Source: Psammoneis japonica
Lineage: Eukaryota
DNA: 64,000 nt
Direction: 5' to 3'
Assembly (NCBI GenBank): GCA_008632985.1
Contig: QPGO01000012.1
Coordinates: 1-64,000 of the forward strand
The position numbers and the translations under genes are program-made. The notes beneath the pieces are model-generated. The model had not been told where the DNA came from. It did no database searches and saw only the letters and a program-made list of their open reading frames with translations. The first letter of the stretch is position 1; each line of letters starts with the position of its first letter. Shown here piece after piece: positions 24,759 to 38,214 of the stretch.

Positions 24759-25033
24759 CTTACAGTGTTCTCGCTGTTTCCTGTTGTATCATTTCGTTGA
24801 CTTTTCAGCCCTAGTTAGAGTAGCTGGCGCTACTCTCCAGTAGCTAGCTAGCTAGAGAGAGCTTAAGCACAGTTCAGCGACGTCATCGATCTGCGACTAC
24901 TGTTTTGAATCCCTCGGTTTGGCAAGTGTAAGAGAAATTGAGTCAAACGTCACATCACGCTAATACATTAAGTAGCTCCCACGGATGACTAGAAGTTCTC
25001 GAAAGTAATCATACCTGAAGCTCCTACGGTAGT

Positions 25034-26299
25034 TCAGCTTGATTCCGCGTCAAGTTCCGCTTTTAGTTGCTCGTAAAGCTGGAAGACTTCTTCTCGATGA
25101 TCGTCGTCCCATGGTGTTTCGTACAAGGCCGCACGATTCATGGTCTCTACCGCTCCCTTCAAATTTCCTTGAGCCTTTAGTGACAGAGCAATATACTTGT
25201 GGACCCAGGGAAATCGCCGGTTCATCTCCAAGGCAGCCTCGGCAGACGCAATCGACTTGTCGTACACACCCTTGTGAAACGCACACTTGGACAGGCCCAT
25301 GAAAACGGCGCGCTGTTGCGGAGGTGTTGAACCCTCGCAGAAACCAGGCATTTCGAGAAGACTAAAGTAGATTTGCTTGGCATCATCCCACTGCTCCATT
25401 TCCTCATACGTCGACGCTTTCATAAGAAGAATTTCAGTGTGCCGCGTCGGACCGTTTCTTAATCGCGTTGGGGGGCCTTGCGATTTCATTTCCTCGTCCA
25501 GCTCTTTCAGCTCACGCTCAGCTTCTGCGTCGACCAAACCCATATCAGTCGCTCGATCATATCTCTCCACTAGCTCTTTAGCTCTGTTCATTTTCGAGTG
25601 TCGCTCGTTGTCAATCTCGATAATTCGATCCAAAAGCTCAATGGCTGAAGAATATTCTTTTGAATGCACAAGAATTTCTGCCTTTGTAATCAAAGCTTTA
25701 AGGTGAGGTTGCGTCGTCCCGGTAAGAACCTTGTCTAGCTCTTGGAGCGCCTCTCGGCGAATGTCTTGAATCTCCTCGCTGCTTGCCTTTCGTTTTCTTT
25801 CCAATTCAATGGCCCTCGTGGCAAGCACCCTTGCTTTTTCTATGGCTCTCTCTTGTACGTTTTCAGCTTCTGACCGGCACATGGGACAGGAAGTCGCGTT
25901 TGGCCTCTGCTGCCACGCCTTGAGACACGCAAAGCAAAACTGATGTCTACAAACTTTCAAAATAACTGGATTCTGAATTTCGGTAGTCAAGCAAATGGGA
26001 CATTCCTCCGTGTTGACGGGTATAATGTCTGCAGATTCGTCTGCCACCTCCAGTACATCTAGCCCGTGCTGTTGTAACACGTGCACACCAGCATTGCAGT
26101 CCGACTTGTGTTGACGCCAGTCCTTCTTCTGGCAGACCTGGGAGCAGTAGTACACGCATTTGCACCGAGAACATCGTTTCGACGCAGCCGCCTTGCTGCA
26201 TTCTTTCAAGTCACATGTGATGCAATCCCGGGGAAGCATGTTGATGCGCTCCTGGATTGGCAACTTCATATTGCTGTTCGCTTGGTCCGCCTCTGACAT
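25034..26299 (-). CDS. MYND + RING finger + TPR-like protein
   Basis: CSRCKCVYYCSQVCQKKDWRQHKSDC; RING CPICL...CRHQFCFACL...CPMCR; helical repeats. Confidence 0.88.
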   Translation of the reverse strand: MSEADQANSNMKLPIQERINMLPRDCITCDLKECSKAAASKRCSRCKCVYYCSQVCQKKDWRQHKSDCNAGVHVLQQHGLDVLEVADESADIIPVNTEECPICLTTEIQNPVILKVCRHQFCFACLKAWQQRPNATSCPMCRSEAENVQERAIEKARVLATRAIELERKRKASSEEIQDIRREALQELDKVLTGTTQPHLKALITKAEILVHSKEYSSAIELLDRIIEIDNERHSKMNRAKELVERYDRATDMGLVDAEAERELKELDEEMKSQGPPTRLRNGPTRHTEILLMKASTYEEMEQWDDAKQIYFSLLEMPGFCEGSTPPQQRAVFMGLSKCAFHKGVYDKSIASAEAALEMNRRFPWVHKYIALSLKAQGNLKGAVETMNRAALYETPWDDDHREEVFQLYEQLKAELDAESS

Positions 26300-27019
26300 G
26301 ATATTTGGTAAAAAAAATATACAAGTAGTCTGAACGAGGTCTTTTCTCCGATGCTACTCTGCTAATAGCAAGCCACCAGAACGGATCTGCAACCTTCACA
26401 CAACGCTCTGGTCTTTGTTGGTCTTTGTAAAGACTTCTCTTGTTCTTTGTTGGACTGCAAAATGGCGTCATGTCGCAGTCAAACTTTTGATGTTTAGGCT
26501 GATGAGCTTCAAAACTCAGCTGGGAATCTATCTATCTCGTCATTTTTGTCATTCTCACAGCTGACATCAGAGGGAGACCTGAGCATCATCAACATGCTGC
26601 AGTGCTGTGTCATTGCCATGTGTCACACTGTCTCTGACATCTGACCGAGTGAGCATTGGCTTCAAGAAGGCAAGCTGTGCCCCCAGCCACTGGGCCACAT
26701 CAACACTTCGCACCACAATTTGTTTGGGGGTTTGGATCCAGTGCACAGCGGGACAGGACAAAATGCCCTCTCTGACAGTGCTGAACTGCAGCAGAACCCA
26801 AGCATTTGAAAGCTTGTTCTGCATTGTTGTTTTCAGCTGGAGCATGAGATTCCATCACCCCCTCTCACCCCACCCTCGCCACCAGCCTCATCATGCCACT
26901 GCTGGTTCTTGTTCTCAGCTCAGCCTTGCTGCTGGCGCACTGCTCACATGTGTTGGTGACTGTGAGTTTGTTCAGCCCTGTGCAGCAATGTGTGTGCTGG
27001 TCATCAGAGGCCACAATGT

Positions 27020-27810
27020 TGTGGTTTGCTCTGATCTTTTAACTGCAGGTGACAGCCCTGTGTTTTTCGGTGATGTCTGTGGCCACCAGCTGCGTGCAGT
27101 CAATGTCCGCAGTGGCTCCGAAAGAAAACATCAGGTGTCAAACAGGCTCATCTTTGGCAGACCAGCACTGCAATCAAATGCAATGATTGCATTTGGCTGC
27201 CATGGTGGAATTGTTTGATGTGTCAACAGCTCAGATTCATCCGCACGCAGGGAATGCGATGCTCACTCTGTGGTTTGCTTGAAACCTCTGGTGTTGGAGG
27301 TTGGAGAACAACTCAATTGTTGTCTGCACAACAGCTGCTGATGCCGCAAAACTGACAAAAAGCAGAGAGAAAAGTTGTGCTTGGAAGGTTGATGGGGAGA
27401 CATGGTCAGATCCCATCATGACAGAGACAAGAGTCGGATGGCAGTGGGTGCTGGGGACTCAAAGCTGCATGTTGTTGACCTGGGCTGTTCTGCCACAGAG
27501 TGACAATGGCAAGATGAATGGCGGGAAGACACGCCCTGCAACAAGAGAAGTTGTGTTGCAAAATGGACATGATTTTTGCTGCGAGGGGCTCAGGTCTTGC
27601 ACTTGACAGCGACTGGAGGATGGTGCCAAATGCCACAAGGTCGTCGCATCTTCTGTCAGCCCCTTTGTGTGGCAAGGGGCAAGCAATGTTGAGTCAAACA
27701 TCACATTGTGCAGGACAAGACATTCCAAGTTGCTGGCAAGTGGATTCTTGCCAAGCAGTGAAGCAGCATGAGAGCTGTCAACACAAGAGCAATCTTTCTT
27801 TGCCTGTTCC
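27020..27810 (+). pseudogene. Converted duplicate of the AASDH 3' end and downstream sequence (source ~22750-23530)
   Basis: Colinear alignment, e.g. agtggctccgaaagaaaacatcagg is shared; stops and frameshifts. Confidence 0.9.
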
Positions 27811-28599
27811 TCCTCTGACATGACAAAGGATTTGCAACACAACGCTCCATGTGGGCCTTTGTGGAGACTTTTTGCTGGAACGATTTTCGATTCTGGGAAA
27901 ATTGTGAGCAACAACTGCCGACACCCACAATGGCAGAGCCCATGGGTGGAGTGGCCCATCCACAACCATCAAAAATTGTGTCCAAAACGGAGACGACACG
28001 CCGTGGGCCATCACCATTGTGACGGAATCAATCACCCACACTCCATGCTCCTGCCGTGTGATGTTCAACATGGCAAAGTACATCACATGAACCATCGCAG
28101 ATTAAAATCTGGATCGAAGTGAGTGGTGGTCTGTCTGTTGCATCAACGTACAATGGTTTCTGCCGGTGTGCACTCCCCAGTGTTTGGGAGTGTAGAGGCA
28201 TGCACAACAACACATTTGGAAATGCAGACCTCGGCATTTTAAATTTTTCATGTGTGTGATCATTGTTTGTGAGTGTCTGAGAATTTTCTTTCTTCCAAAT
28301 GCTGGGGAGTGAATTTCTGCGCACCTTTTGTCTTTTGTCCTGTGCCGTCATCACTCACATCACCGCAACAATCACCATGGTCTTGACACCGCAGCGCAGC
28401 CCTCTGCTGCTGGCAATCCTCCTTACAATCTCAGATCTGTGAGACCTTTTAAGGCATCCCCTTTGATCATCCTCTCCTCAATCTCTCTCCTTTCAAAGAT
28501 TTGCATCGTGATTCACTCAGGCGAGTGTTGCCGGCAAGAGAACACAGAGAAAAGATCTCGTGAAGAACATCAGACACAAGGCAGGACCCAGACCCAAAC

Positions 28600-31500
28600 G
28601 ATCATGTCAAGATGGTTGAGATCCCTTCGAGAGATGTCAAGGATTCCCCCATCCTTGCAGGTGCAGTGGGTGGAGCTGTGGTCATTGAGCATCGATGCAC
28701 CCAAGTCAACGGAATTGCCAGTGCCTGCATCGCCCACATGCCAGCCTGTGAGAATCTAGATTGTACGCAGATGCTGCTTCTCAAGCCATCCCTCCAATGC
28801 CATTTGTCGGTGCTGGAATGTCGTGTCCAGTGGAGCTCACAGAAATGTCGACTGTTGGCCAACGTGATGATGCCATTCGCCGCTGTTGACAAGGACAATC
28901 TCAGTCAGGCTGACTGGTCCGTCTGCCATTTGGAGTGGATGGAAGCAAATCTACGAGGTCTGGCCTTTCAATTGGAACAATGCACTGGCAAGACTTCAAG
29001 CAAAAATGGTAGAGAAGAAGACAGTGCAGACTCAAGGAAGAAGTGACGGGTGTCTTTTGATGAAGAAAGCCAGGTGCTCTGTGATGCCCACATGGAAGAT
29101 TCTTGTCTTGATCCAATTCACATCTGGGAGGCCCATGCCAAATTGGATGTTTTGCCACCAGGAACATGGACCAACAACAACAAACCTGTTCACAAGCATC
29201 ATGCTGAATTTCAATCTCACATCATGGTTCCCAAGAAGCTCTGTGAGCTGCTCTTTCACAAGCTTGTGGATGACATCATGGAGAATTGTCAAGAAGCAAT
29301 CCCCAAACTCCACTCAGCAAAGCCATCCCAGCACTGCATTGACACCCCAAAAGAATCCTGCAAGGCCTGGGTGGAGCAAGACAAGGAGTCGTCCTCATCA
29401 TCTGGAGATTCCAAAATGGTTGTCAACATTGCCCGTGCGATTTTGTGTGAGACAAGGCCCAACAGTTGTCCGTTCATGAACTGATGCATCATTTCATTCC
29501 AACAAGTCCTCACACAGCAGCATTTGTGCAACAAGTGTCCCAAAATGCGAGTCATGCCAGAGCTGGGCCCCAAGGGAATTGCACTGGAAGGAGGTGCCAA
29601 AGCCATGGTGGAACTCCACTTTGGCCCTTTGGAGGGCAGACTCGTCAATCGTGCCAAGGATTTGAAAAAGCGAGTGCCACACAGCAGCAACAACAAGCTC
29701 CCACAGGCTGTCAGGATTTTGGAAATCGAATGCATCACCTGGTTTGGACTTTGGCCAACCATTGTTTGCACAGCCTGTGACCATCAAAACGGCATCATCA
29801 TGGACAAGGAGACCTGCATTCGCCTCATGCTTGAGGAAGCACTAAAGCGACATGATTCATTGCCAAATGCCAACTTCTTTGATCAAATGGGAGCCCACAC
29901 CTTGGGGTGTGGCTGTGGCAAGGAACTCATTCTCAACCATTGTTGACAACAAGCCAAGAAGAAGAATGGATCCTCCTCCATTCTGCAAGAGCACATCAAA
30001 ATCATGAAACGACCTCTGCTTCTCAGTCAAATGCAAAGGGAGTTTGATCATCAGTGCAGATGTTGCACAACAGGAGGTTGTTTCTCTTGACATCGTGATT
30101 CATGTCTCTGCATGCACTGTTCACTTTAAGTGGGTCATGCTCCTGGACCCCACAGCTGTCCTTAAACTCCGACGGATGCAGCGAGGTTCTGCCAGTTGCC
30201 AACCTGAGCCTTGACTGGAATTTGCTCCAACAATCCATGTCTCCGTGTGTGGATTGATTGGATGACGAACGTGTGACCCTCTCTGTGACATGCTGAAGAA
30301 CCGTTGGTGCCCCCAGTGCCATTTATCACGAACAGACTGTGCTGCACTGTGACAAGAATTCTTGTCATTTCAATGCAGAGAAATGGTCAGGAGTGTTGCC
30401 CTTCAAGCCCCCCAAGAAGCAACCACGTTGTCATCCCCTTTGCAGCAGGGCCCTGGCAAGATCAAGGACATGGGAAACAAAATGATTAAAAAGCATCAGA
30501 CCAAGTGGCAAGCAACAGTGTCTTCCTCTGAGAAAGTGACTCCAGAAGTTTTGCGTCCGGTGGATGCAAATTTCTGACATTTGGTGCTCTGAGTGTCATT
30601 GTTGCCTTGCAGCTTTTGCACAACACAAGATGTGCCATCATTGCACATGACAACAAATCCAGCAATGGGTTGCTTTCATCCTGCAGCCTTCATCTGCCAC
30701 CTGATTTCAATGCATCGCATCATGCCAGCTGCTTGTGGGCATTGGCCATGAAAGCCACTCCTGGAGCTGCTTGAGACACAACTTGCTTCAGCTCCAGCAC
30801 TGCCATGCTTGTCACAGAACTGAGTGTGACATCTATCCATTTTCCTGTCCCTGGCAATCTGCTGTCCTCTTGGGTTGTGTGCGCAATGCCTTTCAAAATG
30901 TCGTGGGGTTCTGCGATGGTTTGTGCTTGGAACTCAAGCTCCAGAGTGTGATTCTTGGAGTCTGAGGAAGCCCAGGCCATCAATTTTGCCATGTCATTCT
31001 TGGAAATGGAGGTCACAAAATCAATGACAACATCTTCCCCATCATTGCAGGTCTTCTGTGAATGTGCATGACACCAACTTCATGAGGGAAGCTTTCAAAA
31101 ATCTCAGGATGGGGTCAAGAAGTTGTTTGTGGCAAAGTCCAGAGGTGAGAAGGAATGTTGCAGTTTCTGAGTGTGCTGCATTGATGGTGACTGCGTGCCA
31201 CACAGGTTGCCATCAGTCTCCCTGTCTTCCTTTGGATGATGCTGAGGAACCCACATCCTCTTGTGTTGGCAAGACCATTGCAAGTGCTGCAGACCCAGCA
31301 CACCTCACAGTTGGGGGCAGTGGAAGTTTGCTGTTGACTGTTGGCAGGCAGCGCAGGTTGAACCCTTGCCCACATCTGCTCCCTCCACTCCCACGGATCT
31401 CCCTGGGGCTGATGTTGAAGTGTGTCTCCCCCAAGAGCTGGTGATGAAGAAGTCGGTGGTGCTGCTCCCTCAGATTCTTCATCTTCAGATGGATTTGCTC

Positions 31501-34500
31501 CTCACTCCACACTTGGCTTCTGTGCTCCCACTCCCTTGTAACTGGAGCAAGTTGTTGGGAATCTCTGGATGGACCCAGAGTGCCTGGTTCAAGAGCAGAG
31601 CCAACAATTTCAAAAGGCTTTGCAGTGGCAAGCTCAGGTGAACAACAACAATTTGGCCATGTGAGTTTTGGCTGTCAAAGGTGATCTGCTGGTTGATGCT
31701 GACATCTGCAAGAATTGCAGACAAGGATGCAAGAGATTCTTTTCTTGGACATGTTCATGCCTGGGAGTCTGACCCCACTGGCGATTTGCAGAATCATGTG
31801 AAAGAGAAGGTTGCCATGCTTGAGAGTCATGCATCACCAGCAGGGCACAGTGCATTGGAACACAGGGTGTCATTTGACAGCCCTTCTGAGATCCATCCTT
31901 GGCTGTGCCATGCCAAAATTTGGTGGCCATCTTTCATGAGATGTTGCTTCTTTGCTCCATTCCATTGGAGCATCCACTTCATCCCACAAGAGTGCTTCAG
32001 CTGTCATGAATTGTTGGTCATTGTGCAACTGCCAGTCGGCATCAGAGGAAGGACAATTTAGATTCAGTTGATTCATTTGGGCGTCCTGCTGCATCCATGC
32101 AGCTTTTCACAATTGTCCACCGTCTGTTGCAATTTGCAATTTAGATGTTTGCCTTGACATCAATTGCTCTTTTAGAACCCCACATTGTTTCGCATGCTCC
32201 CAATTTTTTTTGCATGTTTCCCTCCAACACCAATCTCTGCCCTTTTTTGTGTGACACTGACAGTGTGTTTTCTACTTGCACGATTTCCACACATGTTTTT
32301 CATGCCGACCTCTCTTCACTCACAGTCACAATGCCCCGTCACTTCTGTTGGTTTTTCCACATGTTTCCTGTGCACTTTGAGTCCTGCAGTTTCACCCAAA
32401 AGTGCCAAACTGATGAAACTGCAGGACTCAAACCCCATGAAATTGNNNNNNNNNNNNNNNNNNNNNNNNNNNNNNNNNNNNNNNNNNNNNNNNNNNNNNN
32501 NNNNNNNNNNNNNNNNNNNNNNNNNNNNNNNNNNNNNNNNNNNNNNNNNNNNNNNNNNNNNNNNNNNNNNNNNNNNNNNNNNNNNNNNNNNNNNNNNNNN
32601 NNNNNNNNNNNNNNNNNNNNNNNNNNNNNNNNNNNNNNNNNNNNNNNNNNNNNNNNNNNNNNNNNNNNNNNNNNNNNNNNNNNNNNNNNNNNNNNNNNNN
32701 NNNNNNNNNNNNNGACAGCGACAATGAACGACAGGGACGACAGTGACTGCAGTGACAATGACAGTGACGACGACAGCAATGATGACAGCGACAACAACAG
32801 CGATGATGGCAGTCACAACAACGGCAATGATGACAGTGACGATGATGATGACAATGACAGAGAGCGCACCAGCAATTTGTTTCTTCCATTTCTTTTTCTC
32901 GACATTTGTCTCTGTGCCCCATGCTCACGTCCCCCCCCCTTTTCACTCCCACTTTTTCACATCCATGCAGTGCTTGCTCTTGACAATGGTGCTGAATGTT
33001 TGCCAATGGTCTCAGTGGTGAATGCATCTCCAAAGCTTGATCTAAGAAAATTGTCGAAACACAACGTCTTTGCCAGGAGTTTCTGTCCAATCACAAATGG
33101 TCCCCCTCTCCTGACTTTCTGGCCCTTCCTCACATGCATCACAACTGTGCAAACCGCAGTTGCAAATTTTTTGAGGAAGGTTTGGCAGCAAATGATGTGA
33201 TTGTGTGTTCTCTTGGTTGTGCTGACAGTTGTCACCATGTGAAAAGCCGTGGTTGGCTGTGCAAGATTCTCCCCAATGGCAGGTGCAAACTCAAGTGCTG
33301 CAAGCTCACCAAATCCTTTTCTAATCTCTCCAAGTTTGGAAAGAATCTCCAGGCTGTGCTTGATGACCTCTGCAAAATGATTGTTTCCAACAAGTTGGGC
33401 AACCAAGCTTGTTTCCTGAAGCAAGTTACTTTTGCGTCCAAGGTGAATTTTTACGATGAACGTCAAAGCATTGCTGTCACCATGGTCAACTGTTGCATCA
33501 TTCCTCATGTTCCCGCCAATTTTGGGAATGTTCGGCACTGGACCAGGCTCACATTTGGTGAATGCAACAAGAGGAAAATGTTCACAATCTTTGCCCATGA
33601 CATCCTCACCATGTTTGGCACCAAAGAGAAGATCAAGTCTGGTGATCTTGCAAAGAAACTGGTCTCCAAAGCTGGTGATGGTGCAAAGGATTTTGTCAGC
33701 ATGCCTTCCAAAAAGAAGGGAGTTTCAATGCTGTGTCAAGAACAGGTGGAGAATGAGCTCCACATCACCTTCAAGCATTCCTGCAGCAACACAAACAGTC
33801 AGAGATTCTGCAATCTCATTCTCGTCAGATCTCGTGTTCGTGACCTCACCTGCCAATGCCTTCCCCAAAAGCAGAAGAAACATTTTAAATCTTCTGCTCT
33901 GAGAAAGTCCAAGAAGAAGGCACCATCTGCTGTGGACAACAACAGTCCTGCCATTGCCGGCATGTTGCACCACATGATGTGACAGATTTGCAAGATCCTG
34001 TGAATGGCTGACATTTTCTCACCTGTGTTGACTCTGTGTTTTCCCTCCAGGGTCACTTGCACCATCTGCACCCCCCTCCAATTCCACCAATGCACCCCCA
34101 TCTTCTTCCACTGGTCGACCATCTCCCACTGACGACGCTGTCCCTGCTCTCTCTTCTCAAGCTGCAAATGTCACCACTTGTGTTGGCATTTCTGAAAACA
34201 ACTCTTCAGTCGATTGCAGTTGTCCCGACATGGTTGCTGCCCCTCCAGCTGATGATTCAGGTGATTTAAGCTCTGCAGCCCCAAGGCATTGGGATGATCT
34301 AGAAGAAAAGTTCCCCCTTGGGAAGTTGTGTGAAATTGCATCTCCCGTGGAGGTGTCCAGGTGCACCCCTCATCTCTGTGTCTGGTGTGATGCTGATGAT
34401 GACAAAGACAACTCAGATGCTGAGGAGAATTTCTCCACTGATCGTGAGCTAAACCCACACCACTTCCCTGTGGATTGCCACCTTGTTGATGATCCACACC

Positions 34501-37500
34501 ACCGGGAACACTCTTTTGAGACTTTTGCTCCTTTGCCCTCTGCCACAAGTCACAAATGAGAGCTTGCAGTCATGCCGCCCAATGCTCAACAACTGCAGAA
34601 TGATGCAACTGTCATGCGCTCCAGACACCCCTTGTGGAAGAAACATTTTTCCTTGCTTTGCATTGACCTTGGAATGATGACACTGTTCATCATGGAGTGT
34701 GGTGAGTCCAATCCCAAACACGATGGGTCTTCCATTGACTGCAATGATGCGCCAAAGGTTTGAGTGAATTTTGGTTTGTGCAGTCAGAATTGGGTGACTG
34801 GAGAGGATGGACTGCCAGAGCCTTGTGAGTCGTTTGGTTTTTTGGTGTTTGAGAAGGAAAAGGACCCCGTCATCTGCGCCAAGTTGTTGAAGGCCATGCT
34901 GGCCAACATTTTTGATTGCATGCATTGATGTCATGACAAATTGGAGGTTGACTGTTTTTCCAATCCACCTCCATGTGGCAACAAGGCTTGTGCACAAAAG
35001 CATGGAATGGTGCCACAAAAAGGTCTTGGTGCAATTGCTTGCTTCAATGAGCTGGGAACCATCCAGGTGAAGCCACTCCATGGTCCCTCTGTCCCTTCAA
35101 ACAGCAAGTGGTCTTGCACTCATTTGCATTGCGACAAAGACAACTGTGTCCACAACAGCCACACAAAGACAGGTGCATTGTGCTTCATGTTGAAAGACTT
35201 CGTTGGGAATCTGTTTTCTGTCAAGTTCCTTGCAAACAGCCACGACAAAGCTGGTGAGCACTTTAACAAGAAGTTGTGACTGAGTGGCTTGCGTGCCAGG
35301 ATGCAGAAACATGTCTCTGCCATTGACCATCAACACGAAGAATTTCAAGCCTCATGCAGCAGACCAGTTGCACCCTCACCCAATCTGAATTACCACAATC
35401 CACAACACATGATGTTTTGGATGACCATTGTCTGTGGGAGAAAAAGCAATTGCATGAAGAGGGCAAGACACACAAACTGTTGAAACTTTCAGACTCTACA
35501 TTGCATGACATCATCTGCTGGCAGCCGCATGACAATGCAAACCACCTCAAAGCAATGGCAGTGTTTCTCGATGCCATGGCGAAACGTCCCCTGAGAGACA
35601 AGCAAAGTTCTTGGTGTGGGCATTGAAAGCCTCTTGACAAGACCAAGCCTGGCTCTTGGCTTCTGCTGCAGGTCCCAACATGCCAAGCTTTGGCGGTCCT
35701 TGTGGTGCCAATTGTGACAGCATCTTTGGCATTTCCCACCTCCCATCAATTTGTCTGAATTGACAGTGACATCATGAAGTTTCAGACATTGTGGGGATGA
35801 CATCATGGTGACATCAGACAGTTTCAACAACGACTGTTGAAACTCAAAGTTTCAACAACTTTCAACTGGGAATCCTGGGAAACTGCAAAGATGCGGAAAG
35901 ATTTCACATTCCTGTCATGACACAACACGATTTACTTTGTTTGGGAGCTCGCAACAGTTCTGTTCAGTCATGGATTCTACAAAGACACTTCAAAGACATT
36001 TTGCAGAATTTCTGTTGAGGCATGCTTGCACACAGCAGTGCAATGTCGGACAGACAACAGTCATGCTTTTTTTGTGATTTGCATGACAAATTGCCATCCA
36101 TGCCAACAATGACAATGACATTTTTCTGATGCTCTCACAGAACAACTTTGCAACAGGCACTCAACGGCATTGTCAACAATGCTCTTAAGAACATGTGTGT
36201 GTAAAGAAAGCTGTCCGGATGAACTCACAATCATTCAACAATTGAATGCATCAAATGATGGTCAAAAAACAGAGCTCAGCATTGATGTGGCATTTTGCCA
36301 TTGAACGAATGCTGCTCTTGGTCTGTTTCATGACTGAACATGTTTGCAATTTAATGATCTAAATGTCTGTGAAGCTCAAAGACTCCAGAACATGTCACTG
36401 TCATTGCTGTCATTGCAACAATGCAACACCATCATGTTGCTGATTTTTGGCGATCGTGCGTGTGGCGTGCACGAAGTTCCCAGTGCAAAAAAATTCAGAA
36501 AATCAAGTTGTCTTGCCATCCATCAGCTTGTTGTGTGATTGCCTTGAATGAAGATGATGTCATTTGATCAAACATTGAAGACACTTCAAAGTTTCTTCAA
36601 AGGTCACTTTGAAGCAGGGCAACAAGCAACGCAACATCACATGCACATCAGCACATCTTTCTGAAGCACCTTGCTCACCCGCCATTTCTGTGCCACGACC
36701 ACAACACCTCCGATGTTTGAGCAGTTGTGGGATCAAACATGGTGTCTTCACCAAAATGCTGTTCCCAGATGAGGTTGCAGTGATTGGACCCTTTCTCAAG
36801 TCTTGGCCTTTGGCTGGCAGCAACACTTGTGTGGTGCTCACAGTGCTCACGCTGAGCCATGCTCGTTTGTGACCATTGGAAATGAAGGCTTTCAGGGACA
36901 GATGTTTTCCATGTCTGCTTCAGAATTTGCCTTCAAGGAAACTTCAAAGTTTCTTTGAAGTGTCAACAAATTTGTCAACGACTGTGTCACATGATCTGTG
37001 CCACGCTGCTGCTCCCACCAGCCTTTCCTGTGCGTGTGTGCCGCTGTTTGCATGAAGAGAAGCTCTTCAACAAAAGTCAAGTGGGTCGCCTTTTTGTCAT
37101 TTCATCCAACTTTCTGCCACACACAATCATGTGCTGAGCTCAAGCAAATGCCCCGGGTTGGAAAGTCCCGCACAATGCTTCACTTCCTTCAGAGTGAGTG
37201 AGAAGAGCCCAAGCTTTTCGTTTTTCCCAGTGTCAACCCACATGGCATGACCAGGCAGCTGCTTCTTTTTGTGAAGAGCTGTTTTGTGGCTCTCAAGCAA
37301 TCCTTTTCATGCAAGTGAGCATTGCATCTGAATGGACAAGGCAGATTTTTGAGCACTTGTGCTGATTGCATGGTGCACTGGAGCATCTCATGGTTGGTCA
37401 ATTTGGGCCACTGCAGCCCATGATCACCGAGAGAGCCAGCTGGCAGAGAGGCAAGGAGTGAACACTTTTCTGAGGTCTGACTGGCTTTGGCATTTCAAAT

Positions 37501-37600
37501 GCTCCAGTGGGTGTGTGCTCCTTGTTGCACTGCATGAACTTTCCCTTGCCCAACTCCACCACTGGGTGCTTGTCACAAAACATCTGGGCTCCACTTTGGC
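28600..37600. other. Converted domain with several unidentified coding remnants (e.g. 29050-29946 +, 33134-35700 +)
   Basis: Long Tyr-poor, Cys/His-rich frames with protein-like stretches; no family recognised. Confidence 0.4.
32714..32860 (+). repeat. GAC/GAT-rich low-complexity repeat (Asp/Ser/Asn-coding)
   Basis: gacagtgac/gacagcgac/gatgac units next to the N-gap. Confidence 0.8.
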
Positions 37601-38214
37601 ATGTGCTCTTCCAGTGCCCATGCAGCTGATCCACTTGGCTGCAACAAGCGGTCGATGCGCCGATGAAATCGATCATCGTCGGAACGGCACGTTTTCTGGC
37701 ATGTCTTGTGTAGAAAGCTCTGTAGAGCGTTTCGCCAAATCCAGGGTGGCATGGTAACAATTTTTGAGCCACCGTCCGTCTTCCTTCCGCGATAGTCTAT
37801 GCACCGGTAATATGAGGAGACCTTCGGGTGCATGCGAGCGCGCGCGAAGAACGGTCGACGCATAGACTCACGTTGGAGAGTGCACGCACGCGCGCCAACG
37901 CTCTCTCAACGCAACGCTCTCTCAACGCAACGCTCGTCACTGTCGCAATCAGCCATCAGCCCTCGATGCGTTCGCATCATTGTTCATTGTTGTTGTTGTT
38001 GTTGTTGCACCAACAATAGCCTAGTCGTACACCGTAACAGAAAACAGTCCGCGATCGAGACGTACGACATCCACAACCACACTGTGTGTAGCAGCAGCTA
38101 TAGTATCTCTCCAACAGAAGAGCAACATCGATCGCATCTGTGATCGATTTCTTCCACGATCAATTCTTCACCTCGAACGAATTAACAATTAACCTTTGTC
38201 TCACCATTTTCGCA

